A stretch of DNA of 44,157 nt, filler included, from Jimgerdemannia flammicorona (Eukaryota): NCBI GenBank assembly GCA_003990765.1. It is 2 parts of 2 records of this genome, joined end to end, with 100 filler letters (N's around TTAATTAATTAA, not from the genome) between each part and the next. Parts side by side here need not be neighbours in the genome. Positions count along the whole stretch, not along the records: positions 1 to 22,031 come from RBNJ01001346.1; positions 22,132 to 44,157 come from RBNJ01001347.1. One strand, given 5' to 3'. This document shows positions 12,154 through 22,473 of the stretch, one piece after another (position 1 is the stretch's first letter; every line of letters starts with the position of its first letter). The notes under the pieces were generated by a model. It was not told the DNA's origin. It ran no database searches and saw only the letters and a program-made list of their open reading frames with translations. The translations under genes were made by a program, and so were the position numbers.

Positions 12154-14022
12154 ATGGCTAGTCAAGAATCCTCTAGCTCTGAGTATCTGGAGAGGAGGAG
12201 GCCTGGTCTGGGGATTCCAAGGAGCTTTGCAGCTGCTGTAGGGGCTGGTGTAGCTGCTGGGGGGGCAGGTGGGCAGGGGAGGGCTGGAGGGATTGAGGCC
12301 TGGCATACAGTGGTTGGGAATAGGAGGGCTGCAGCTAGGCCCATGGGGGTTGGACAGGGGGGATGTAGTGTTGACAGGGAGAGAGGTCAGGTGACGAGTC
12401 AGGTGACAGGTCAGGTGGCTGGCAGGAGACAGGGGTCTGGTAGTGTGATGCTGGGGACTGGTTCTTCTGTAGCTGAGCAGATGGCTGGGGAGAAGACTGC
12501 AGGTGGTACAGCTGTACTGGGTGGGACCACTACTGGTGTTTCGGGGGCCAAAGGAAAGGTGCCTCTGGCAGCCAGGACTGGTGAGCTGGTGTTGAGGCCC
12601 TTCTTTCACAAATCAGTGTCAATATTGGTGATCTCAGTGAACTTCCTGGGATTGGCGATATTAGCGAGAGAGGTTCTGAGACTGGTGGGAGAGGAGGTGG
12701 CTGGAGCAGAGTCTCTGAAGTTCATCCCTTCAGCAGAGGCTGTGGAGATTGGGTTTGTGGAGGAGAAGGTGATGGTGAAGACACTGGAGAAAGGGATGAT
12801 AGTCAAGGGTATCTGGATTGGGATGGTGAGGTGCCTGAGGTGTGATCCACATGCTGTTCGACTAGTGGTGGAAGGTCTGCCTACTCTGGGCAGGCAGGAG
12901 ACCAAGAAGATGGTGGTTGAGGCACTGGGTGGATATGGTGAGATGGTGGACTTCAGATTCATGTTCTGGGAGGCCACCAAGTTGAGGAATGGTAACTGTG
13001 AGGTGATGCTGCATTTGGAAGGCAAGGAGGCAACGGGGCTGAGCCACGATTGGCCTGAAGGGATTAGAATTGGGGGGCAGGAGTGCAAGGTGTGGAGGAG
13101 GAAGGGAGCAGAACAGGAAGAGGAAGAGTTAGCAATCATTCTGGAGGAGAGGGAGGCTGCCAAGGAGCTGCAAAAGAGGAAGTGGGAGAAGTACGCAAAG
13201 GATTGGGTCTGGATCGAGATGAATGGGAAGCAGAAGAGGTGGAGAAAAGGGAACTGGGAGCATCTACAGGTAGCCCTTCAGGGGGTGGCAGTGGAAGAGG
13301 AGGCGAGAGTAGAGGCAGCCAAGAATCAGATGGAAGGAGTGGAGGTGGTGGAGGTGTCCTTCTCCCAGATGGGTGGTGTAGAGGACTCAGCACATGCACT
13401 GGTGAGAGGAAAGTGGGCAGATAAGGAGGAGGTTGGTGAAGGAGACTTTGAGGTCGATACTGAGGTGGTGTCAGAAACTCAGGTGGAGGACACCCATATG
13501 GCTGGGGTGGTAAATGTGCATTGGGAGTGCCCTGAAGCTGGGGAGGTCATTCATTTGGAGAAAGTGGTGGAGGAGGATGAGCTTGTCAATGTGGCTTCTG
13601 ATGTGTTGGCAGATAGAGAACAGCTACAAGAGTTGAGTAGGACCCCCAGGCCTTCAACTCCTGGGCCCCTGGTGATGACAGCAGAGAGTTGGTATCAGGC
13701 AGTGTTGGAGGAGCTGGCTGAGGAGGATATCAAGGAAGTGGACATGTTTCATAGATCTCAGAAGACATGGGAAGGATTTCTTGAGATAGTAATGCAGGGG
13801 CCTAAGCTGGTGATGGCGATGGTAGCTGCCCTTCTGGATGATGAAGGATATGATGTTGATGAGAGCAGGATGGCTGACATAAGGAAGGTGGCAACAGAAA
13901 GAGTGGACCTGTTCTGCAGCAGTGAAAATGGTGATCAAATCTGGAGGGCGATTTGCGAGGACCAGCGAGAGATTGTTAGGAGAAGGGCTGAGAAGGTGGT
14001 GGTGGTCCTGGCTGAGCTTTAA
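12154..14022 (+). CDS. LINE ORF1 (gag-like nucleic-acid-binding protein), open, ~622 aa
   Basis: Uninterrupted frame (alternative ATG at 12100) directly upstream of ORF2; SFAAAV motif and an RRM-like region (VEGLP...LGGYGEMV...NGNCEV) typical of L1/Tx1 ORF1. Confidence 0.75.
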   Translation: MASQESSSSEYLERRRPGLGIPRSFAAAVGAGVAAGGAGGQGRAGGIEAWHTVVGNRRAAARPMGVGQGGCSVDRERGQVTSQVTGQVAGRRQGSGSVMLGTGSSVAEQMAGEKTAGGTAVLGGTTTGVSGAKGKVPLAARTGELVLRPFFHKSVSILVISVNFLGLAILAREVLRLVGEEVAGAESLKFIPSAEAVEIGFVEEKVMVKTLEKGMIVKGIWIGMVRCLRCDPHAVRLVVEGLPTLGRQETKKMVVEALGGYGEMVDFRFMFWEATKLRNGNCEVMLHLEGKEATGLSHDWPEGIRIGGQECKVWRRKGAEQEEEELAIILEEREAAKELQKRKWEKYAKDWVWIEMNGKQKRWRKGNWEHLQVALQGVAVEEEARVEAAKNQMEGVEVVEVSFSQMGGVEDSAHALVRGKWADKEEVGEGDFEVDTEVVSETQVEDTHMAGVVNVHWECPEAGEVIHLEKVVEEDELVNVASDVLADREQLQELSRTPRPSTPGPLVMTAESWYQAVLEELAEEDIKEVDMFHRSQKTWEGFLEIVMQGPKLVMAMVAALLDDEGYDVDESRMADIRKVATERVDLFCSSENGDQIWRAICEDQREIVRRRAEKVVVVLAEL

Positions 14023-14034
14023 ACAACTTCCTTA

Positions 14035-17000
14035 ATGATGATGAGCAATCTACATATTTTATTGATCAATGTCAATGGATTGCGAGATGGTGTCAAGAGA
14101 CGGCGGCTTTTCAGATGGCTTAAAGTCAGGAGGTATGATGTTATGTTTCTTCAGGACGTTCGGGCTTATGGTGAGTCAGACTATGAGAATTGGAGTAAAG
14201 AATGGTATGGTGGCATAGGTTGGAATATGCAGGTGGGCATCTTGATTAGTATAGGCAAAGGCAAGCTAGTGGAGGTAGAGAGCTTTGGTGACAGAATGAT
14301 TTGGAGAAGACTTAAAGGTGGGGCAGGTGATGGTTTGATGGTTGGATCAGTTTACCTCCCTGTAGTTGGTAGAGAGCAAAAGCAATGGGTTGAAGGATGG
14401 CAGGTGTGGGATGGTCAGGAGGTAGTTACTTTGGACATTTTGGGGGGGGGCTTTAATACATATGGTGTATGATCAAGCACTGGACAGATCTGATGGTGGA
14501 GCAGGAGTCATGGTATCACATGGACTTTCTCAATGGCTTCAGGTGGAGCGAGATATAAACTTGGTGGATGGTGTTCGTCAGTAGCAAGGGGATGCAGTGG
14601 GACCTTTCACCAGGTGGCACCCAGTTGGAATAACCTTGGTTGGGATGCGAATAGACTGAGTGCTAGTGGCAGAGTGCTGGGGTAATGTACTGGACACTGT
14701 TGAGGTGCACTGGTGCTCTTGGTCAGATCACTGGGGAGTAGAGGTTTGTAGGAGATTCCAAGCGGTATGCAGTGGTGGTGGATGCTGGCACCTCAATGTG
14801 GCCTTACTCAGGAGAAAGAAGGAGAGGGACAATTTTGTGATAGTTATGAAACAGGAAGTTAGGCAATGGCAGAGCGAAGGGCAGTTGATAGCAGAATGGT
14901 GGAGTAAATTCAAACACTTGGCTGGTGCTTACTGGCAAGATGCGAAGGATAAAGAAAGGAGGGTGGAGAAGGGGCTGAGATGGCGATTGAAGCTCTTGGA
15001 AATGGGGAACTTATCTGGGGAGGTGTGCCAATGTTTAGCATTAGAGGTGGCTGAGTTGTAGGTAGATTTAAAGGTGTCAGAGACCAGGGTGGTGGATGGC
15101 CTGCTGGCCAGGCTATGAGCAAGATGGTTGGAAGATGGTAAGAGGCCGACAAGATATCTGTCTGATATCTTAAAGGCCAGGAGAGTATGACATAGCTGGG
15201 CTTCAGTTTTGCATGAAGATGGAGTAGAGGTCTCTGGGATTACTGATATATTAGGGGAGAATGGCAGGCTCTTTGGCAGGATGGCGAGGATGGCGGAGAG
15301 CAGTCTGAGAGCATGGAGTTTGAGGAGGATAATGACAATATGGTGAACAGTTGGCTGGTGGTGGCAATACCTGAGATAGGGGAAGTGGTCATGAAGGAGG
15401 TATCCCTGGAGGAAGTATTGGAAGTTCTGAGGAAGATGCAGACTGGATTGTCCCCAGGGGAGGATGGGTTGCCCTGGGAATTCTGGAAGGAGTTCAAGTA
15501 CGAGTTTGGTGACTGGTTGGTGGAGATGGCTAATGCTGTTCTGAAGGAGGGCTATTGGATAGGCAATAGCTCCTTAGGGCTAGTTTCTCTTCTATATAAG
15601 GAGAAGGGGGATAGATGGGTGTGGCATAATTGGTGGCCTATCATGCTGCTGAATGTGGATAGAAAGTTGGTGTCAAAGATTCTGGCAGGAAGGATGCAGC
15701 AGTATATTGGTGCACTAGTTGGAGAGGAGCAGTGTGGCTTTATTAAGGGGAGGCAGATCAGAGATAGTACTGCCTGGGTGCAGAATGTTTTGGAGAGCTG
15801 CAGGAGCCAGCAGGTGGATGGCCAGATGGTCTTCTTGGATCAAGAAAAGGCCTATGATAGAGTGTGGTGGAGTTACCTAGCAGCTGTTTTGAGAAGGGCT
15901 GGATTTGGTATAGTGGAGGCAGGGCGTTTGATGGGCTTAGTGTGGAGATGCAGAGTAGCAGTTATGATGAATGGATGGTGTGGACCAGAGTTTGCCCTGG
16001 GGTGAGGGGTACTGCAGGGGGATCCTCTCTCCCCCCTTCTTTATGTACTTTCTCTAGAGCCTCTGTTGGCATGGCTGAAGGGGCGGCTCTTAGGACTGAA
16101 GATGGGAGATGTGGTCTGGCAGCTGGGTGCCTTTGCAGATGATATGGTGGTAGGGTTGGGTAGTCAGGAGGATGTAGAAGCCCTAGAAGAAGGGGTTGGA
16201 CAGTATGAGAGGCTGGCAGGGGCGAAATTGAATTGGGACAAGTGCGAGACAATGGAACTTGGTGCTGGCCTAGGGGGTCATAGACAATTCAGACAATTGG
16301 TAGCTACAGGGAGTACAGTGCGATATCTGGGTATCTGGTTCTTGGTATATGAGACAGTTCTGCCAAAGGAGTGGTGGTGTGGTTTAATTCAGAGGCTGGA
16401 AGGTGTGCTGACAGGTTGGTCAGAGAGAAGCTTCTCTTTGGTTGGCAGGATAGTAGTCTTGAATGTGTACTGGCTGCCCAAACTGTGGTATCTGGGCTAT
16501 TATCTGGATTTCCCAGAGTAGGTGGTGCAGTGGTTGAAGAAGATTGTTGAAGAGTGGTTATAGCAGGGGAGGCATCCACAGATTAGATGGGAGACTTTAG
16601 TAATGAGGACTTCAGATGGAGGCCTGGGGTTGGTGGATTTTAGATGCCAGCTGAAGGTGCTTCAGTGCTGGTAGGGGTGCTGAATGATGGAACTAGGTGA
16701 AGGAAGTTGGGGCAGGCTGGTCATGGATAATTGGGAGGTCCGGTTTTACCCTTGGGGTGAAGTTTGGAAGGATATGTGGGGCTTGCTTCAAGTTAGGAGT
16801 ATAGGTCGACTGCAGTTTAAGGGGTTCTGGTGGGGTATCATAGATGTCTGGCTGGCCATGGGGTTGGCAGGCCCAGCAATTGAGGAGATTGGGAACTCTG
16901 AGCAGAGGTGGTGGCAACTGGGAGATCTTCGGGTCAGTGGCCACAGTCTGAAGGAGTATTCGCTGATTGAGGCAATGGAGTGGATCAGGTCTGGCCCTCT

Positions 17001-17646
17001 GGAGATTTGGCTGCCTGGATGGCAGAGAGCTGGTATCGGAGAAGACTGGGAGTGGGCCAGAATTTGGAAATGGGGAGTCTCTGTATACAAGATGGTGCCA
17101 CCCAAATACTGGGTGGTTTGGTGGCAGTTCTTAAGGTGCAATGTGATGCTGAGCTATCGAACTGGCTGGATGGTGATGGATGGCTGTCAGGACTGTGAGT
17201 GGTGTAATGAGATAGATGGAGGAGTGGTTTAGATGCCAGAACATGTCCTGGGGGCCTGCCTGGATATGAAAGGATTTTGGCAGAGTTTGGAAGATTACTG
17301 GGGCTCTGAGAGATGTAGGGCAGAGGATCTGACCAGTCTGGTGGTCAAGTGCTGGCTGGTGGGGGAAATTGGTGATATATGGGGGGGCCTTGGTCGAGTT
17401 TTAGAGGTCTGGGTCTTGATGGTGGTACATTAGTGGTGGATTTTTGAACAAGACCCATGGATGGGAATTGGAGAGATGGTGGAGTGGTAGAAGTGGCTTC
17501 TCCAGAAGGTGGTTCAGGGTTGGTGGTATCAGGAGAAGAGACTCCAACCAGGGGCCTTAAAGAAGGTGCAGGATGTTGTGCAGAGGAGTCGAGGGTACCT
17601 GGTTTTAGATGATCGAGGGGTGCAATGGAAGGAGAGAGTTGGTTGA
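14035..17646 (+). pseudogene. LINE ORF2: APE endonuclease, reverse transcriptase and C-terminal CCHC; multiple stops and frameshifts
   Basis: INVNGL, FLQD, GSVYLP, GGFN, SDH; SPGEDGL, WWPIMLLNVDRK, QCGFIKGR, LDQEKAYDRV, QGDPLSP, FADD, YLGI; CEWC..EH...C. The LDQEKAYD motif is typical of L1/Tx1. Confidence 0.92.
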
Positions 17647-17988
17647 AGGCAGTTGAAGGGCTCTATTTATATATGTTAGGTGTTGTTAGCAGTAATTTAT
17701 GGTTTGTTAGTATTGTATTAGATAGTTTGAAATAAAGGAGTAAAAAAGGGTTTGAACCCCCAGCCACAATATTGGGAGCCCTCACCCTAGACAAGGATGA
17801 CCAGTCCTTGCAAATATACCAGCAAGCTAAAAAAAAAGAGAACCAAGATCTGTTATCCTTGTACAACCACTGCTACCAAGAATAGTCATAATTTTGCAAG
17901 AGATAGAAGTGATAACACCTTTGAAACTGATAATATCAGAAGCTAGAAAACTGCTCAGACTTTACCAGTGATGATGTCATTAATAGTG

Positions 17989-18420
17989 ATGTTATCAAAG
18001 ACTAACCAGATAGTGTCTAAACCTATAAATAGCTTAGCAGTCATAGTATAGTTAGATTAGCCTTATACAATGTGACTGTGAACTGACTCAGCAGTCAGAT
18101 GATCTCTTGATATATCAGATCATACTTGTACTACATAACTATATTCTAACTTAGTAAGGTACTAAGTGCTATATCCATATTTAGTATAGTCCAGATAGCC
18201 TCTCACTAGTATAAATACCCCCTCTCTCAGACCTCAGAATCTCAGACAAAAAGACCTGAACAATCTGAACACAACTCCTGAACACTTCTCCATAATATCC
18301 TTTCACACAACTACTCCTAGTATAGCAATATTATGAATAGCAAATAAACCTATTTAATAACCCACAAACTACTCTTAAGTAAATCCACTCTCTATTAGGT
18401 CCCACTTCTAACCCCATCAT
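17989..18420 (+). mobile_element. Possible degenerate LTR of the Gypsy relic
   Basis: TG start and CA end are possible, with internal TATAAATA (~18210) and AATAAA (~18343); no second LTR or clear polypurine tract seen. Confidence 0.25.
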
Positions 18421-18704
18421 GAAATTTCCTAATTGGGTATTGTCTGTAGTAATACATCAATTCAACTAAGCTGGTCTCAGTTTCTTAAACTTCCTAAAAT
18501 GCAGAAAATCCTGAACATCTAGAACTAGTCTGAAAAAGGACTTTAGTTGAGATGTCAACCTGATCTCAAAATCAATAAGCATAGAGGACATACTCTATAC
18601 AAAATTGATCTTGATCTTAAGAAAACAGTCTTCTAGAACATCTAGAACTTCCAGAAAACCCCTCCAGAACCATAATGGTTACTCTAAAAAAGCAACCCTC
18701 TTAT

Positions 18705-19030
18705 ATAAAGGAAAATGAAGTAGAGCAAGTGAAGAGAAATGAGGCAGAGTGAGTGAAAAGAAATAAAGTAGAGTGAGTGAGACAATGAAGTAGAGTAAGT
18801 GAGAGAATGAAGTGGAGTAAGTGAGGGAATGAAGTGAAGTGAGTGAGGAAATAAAGTGAAGTAAGTGAGAAAATGAAGTAGAGTGAGCAAAAGCTCTTCA
18901 AAAAAAGAAAAAAAAAGCATAGAGAATATATACAATATACCTTGAGTAAGTATAGACAGCCTTTTCAAGTGGTAAGGTGAGATATGTAGAAGATGATCTA
19001 TAAGAAATAGAGAGTGAGGGAGAGAGTAAA
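18705..19030 (+). repeat. Purine-rich degenerate minisatellite, copy B
   Basis: GAAGTAGAG(C/T)(A/G)AGTGA units, the same family as 11195-11435. Confidence 0.7.
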
Positions 19031-19037
19031 GGTCTCT

Positions 19038-19081
<44 letters not shown>

Positions 19082-19187
19082 CAAAGAGTGGTTGTGATAG
19101 TATCTCAAACAAGGTAGATTGCTATCCACAGTATGCCTGACCCCTAGCTTGAAAAGGCTGCTATTTCTCACAGCTTGACTCTCAGAA

Positions 19188-19412
19188 GTATATCTGATAA
19201 GGTATATCCAGTAAGGTACATCTATGTCTGATAAGGTGTATCCAGTAAGGCACATCTATGTTTGGTAAGATACATACATCTGCATCTGGTAAGATACATC
19301 CAGTAAGACATATCTATGTCCAGCAAGGTGCATCCACATCTAGTAAGATGCATCTATATCCAGTAAGGTGCATCTGTATCCAGTAAGATATATCCAGAGC
19401 AAGGCACATCTG
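19188..19412 (+). repeat. Array of short (about 15-21 bp) repeats CATCT(A/G)TGTC(C/T)(A/G)GTAAG(G/A)T, probably hAT subterminal repeats
   Basis: More than ten ATC(C/T)(A/G)GTAAG cores, plus inverted copies (GCTGGATAC, CATCTTACTG) near 19460-19480, just 3' of the transposase stop. Confidence 0.75.
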
Positions 19413-19608
19413 GAGCATAGAAATGATATGTGTGATTGCCTATTTGCCAGATATTCATTTGCTGGATACATCTTACTGAATACATGCAATAAGCTAAATT
19501 TGTTAAAAAATTAATTCAATATTATTTATTGAATTAATACAACTTCTTCAAACAATTTTTTGCTAGATATTATATAGTTACAATAAGTTGAAATCAAGAT
19601 ACTGAACT

Positions 19609-21145
19609 CTACCAAGATTTTAGACACATGTATACTTGAATAGTCTCAGCTTTAAGAGAGCATCTCCTGGGTATAATAAGCTCTTTACCACCAGAAAATA
19701 CCCATTCAACTGATGCACTTGTTGCTGGAATAGCTAAATAATCTTGAGCCATATTGCTTAAATTAGGAAAGTCCATTTGATGACCCTGCAAATTTAAAGA
19801 ATTTTAGAGCTAAAAACTTGAGATATTTAATATAAATAATTATGAAAATTCTTACCTTCCACTAATCTAATGTGTCAATACTCTCTAATAAGACTACTCA
19901 ATCAATAGATAAATATATTATAAGCTCATCTATTGAAGATTCCCTTTTTCTTTTTTTACCATAAAGATTCTGTATAATAGAAACATTTACATAATTATCC
20001 AAACCATTGTCAGAACCTGGTGTAGGTGCATAGTTTTTTCAATATATATTTATAATTGATTGCTTGGTTTCTTTGATAAATTCCTTTTTCCAGCCTTGAT
20101 ATTTATGATATTGAAGCTTTAATTGTGTATCTAAAACTAATTAAATATTCAAATTATAATCAAAATAACGAAATTTCTCATTTTAATTTATAAAAAACAA
20201 TACTTTACTCACCAGTACTAACAGAAAATACAGAAGCACTTGTTTTTGAATAATATTTTTTAAGCTTCTTTAAAGATACTTCAATAGCTCCTTTTTGTCT
20301 TGAGAGGAATATATCTTCATTCTTCAATAAGTCTAGCAGGTCTTCAAGTTGATCAATCAAAAGATTGTATACTGGAATTGTAGAATATATTGTTGGAAAC
20401 TTTTGCCAAACAACTTCTTTTGTACATTCATTAAAATGCTAGAGAAAAATAAAGAGTAAAAATATAAAAAAAGATAAGTAAAATAAAACTAAATCTATAA
20501 AAATATTAATAAATACCTCTCTACTTACCTTTAAAACTTTAATAACTTCTCTCAATTTTGCCCACTCATTCTCTTTAATTACCATATTCCACATTTCTTT
20601 ATCAGCAGCAGCTATAAAATCTAGTGCCTAAATTATATATATTTAAATAAGTTAATATTAATTAATAAGCTAAATACTATTTTATATTATTATTATTAGT
20701 AACCTACATATTACAGCAAGTATTAGTACTCATTCAATCATTGCAAATATCAAGTTCCATCATATACTAAAATCCAAAATAAGTTCTTTTGGATTGAGAT
20801 TAATTGCTTTATACTGTTCAGCAAGTTTTTTTTACCATTATGGTGATGATTGAATTGTAACAATCAATTTACATAACTTTGAAATAGTATTAGAGCTCTT
20901 ACTAGTTTCACTCCAATCACCAAATAGTTGCATGAGATAATCTTGAGTAGTAAGATTCAGAACATGGGCTTAACACCATATATGATTATTATTAGTATTA
21001 AAGATTATATTTTCTTGTTGAAGTTTGATTGCTAAAATGTGGAGAAATGTGATGTTGTTGGAAGCATTGTCTGTTGTGATGGCCAATATCTATATTTCAA
21101 AATTTTAATATATACATAGAAAATAGTTAATAATTAAATATAAAA

Positions 21146-21201
<56 letters not shown>

Positions 21202-21945
21202 TTAGTTTTTTTTAAAAAAAAAAACTCATACCTTAGTTGTAATTCCAAGCTTGTGAATATAGTTTATAAACACTTCTGCAATATTTTCTCCAGAATGAGG
21301 ACTCTTAAGCTTTATGAAATCAAGAGTAAGAGTTTGAAGCTACCAATTAGAATCAATCTAATATCTCATAATATCAAGAAATGAAATGACATTGGGAGAT
21401 ATCCAGATATCAATTGTGAATGAAATTTTGCCCATAATATTCTATAGTAAAATTTAAAATATAGTCAGTAATTATAATTAATTCAATAATATTCTTCATA
21501 TTACTAATATTTTACCTGAAGCTTTTGATAAAGATTATTATATTCTTTTTTATAAGCCTTCATATTATTATTATAAATAGTATCAGTGCTTGGAGTATAT
21601 AAATCAGGCTTGATAAGACCAAAGAGACTTCATAAAGAAGGACTCTCAATTGCTGTAAATGGTTGATCATCATATATAATCTAATGAATAAGTTGATTTC
21701 AAAATTCTGAAGCAGAATATGGCTAAATTGTTTTTTTTTTTTATAAAAAAGAAAAACCTTGAATATAAAAGATACATTTTCAAATTTATATGAAAATAAA
21801 AAGAGATCATATACTTACTATAGCTGAAATATCAATTTTATTGATACTGTATTTAACTCCATTTTATCTAAATATTGGACCTTTATGTGCTTTATCATAT
21901 TTGTTGTACAACAACTGTGTGTTTTATATTTCTGTCTATATTTTA
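19609..21945 (-). pseudogene. Intron-containing hAT-superfamily transposase, decayed; 5' part cut by the contig end
   Basis: Dimerisation domain FPNLSNMAQDYLAIPATSASVEWVFS...RRCSL...MCLKSW; upstream FTIDIW, HSGENIA, ITTDNASNN, C*AHVLNL and DQPFTAIE motifs. GT-AG introns, e.g. 19786-19855, and about six more AT-rich interruptions; in-frame stops. Confidence 0.88.
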
Positions 21946-22031
21946 AAAAATTTATATTTATATCAAATAAAATATATCCAAAACAATTATAAGTTTTATT
22001 TTTTCTTTTTTAAAAAAAAAAAAAAAAAAAA

Positions 22032-22131
22032 NNNNNNNNNNNNNNNNNNNNNNNNNNNNNNNNNNNNNNNNNNNNTTAATTAATTAANNNNNNNNNNNNN
22101 NNNNNNNNNNNNNNNNNNNNNNNNNNNNNNN
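22032..22131. other. Artificial contig linker (N44 + TTAATTAATTAA + N44)
   Basis: Exactly 100 nt; the 12-mer places stop codons in all six frames, a standard concatenation spacer. Confidence 0.95.
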
Positions 22132-22252
22132 CTAACCCTAACCCTAACCCTAACCCTAACCCTAACCCTAACCCTAACCCTAACCCTAACCCTAACCCTA
22201 ACCCTAACCCTAACCCTAACCTAACCCTAACCCTACCCCTAACCCTACCCCT
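22132..22252 (+). repeat. Telomere (CCCTAA)n/(TTAGGG)n at contig start, with proximal variant repeats
   Basis: About 15 perfect CCCTAA units, then CCTAA and CCCTAC variants; orientation fits a left chromosome end. Confidence 0.95.
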
Positions 22253-22473
22253 TGGCGTTAGCCACTCACGTGATTTCCCCATTTGGCTAGACTCGGCTTT
22301 ACGGCCCGAAGCTATTCCAAATTATGAAAGCAGTCCCTTTGATTAGCTAAGCCTCTCATCGGGTATAAATACCCCCCTTCCCCATTATTTTTTTGTTGCA
22401 CAAACAAAGGTCACGTGACCCGCGTTTCACAATTTCAAACAAACAAACAAACATACCTCTGCCTATTTCGGCA

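Larger units (their letters stand above)
11991..17747 (+). mobile_element. Full-length L1/Tx1-like non-LTR retrotransposon (~5.75 kb), ORF2 inactivated
   Basis: ORF1 and ORF2, AATAAA at 17731-17736 and a short A tail (17742-17747), flanked by a 15-bp TSD: GGTTCGAACCCCCAG (11976-11990) and GGTTTGAACCCCCAG (17749-17763). Confidence 0.9.

Noticed and set aside
19188..19412. CRISPR-like array
   Set aside because: Degenerate units without unique spacers, no cas genes, eukaryotic context.
22032..22131. Apparent internal telomere or chromosome fusion next to the hAT element
   Set aside because: The N44-TTAATTAATTAA-N44 spacer is an artificial join, so adjacency across it has no biological meaning.
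21790..22282. ORFs 21790-22083 and 22076-22282 (LGLGLG...)
   Set aside because: They run through Ns, the linker and telomere repeats.
22261..22355. Possible HDV-like or hammerhead ribozyme at the 5' end of the telomeric element
   Set aside because: Short pairings exist (GCCA/TGGC, GTGAT/GTCAC), but I could not build the P1.1 and J4/2 core, copy 1 breaks one pairing, and there is no CUGANGA. A covariance search would settle it.
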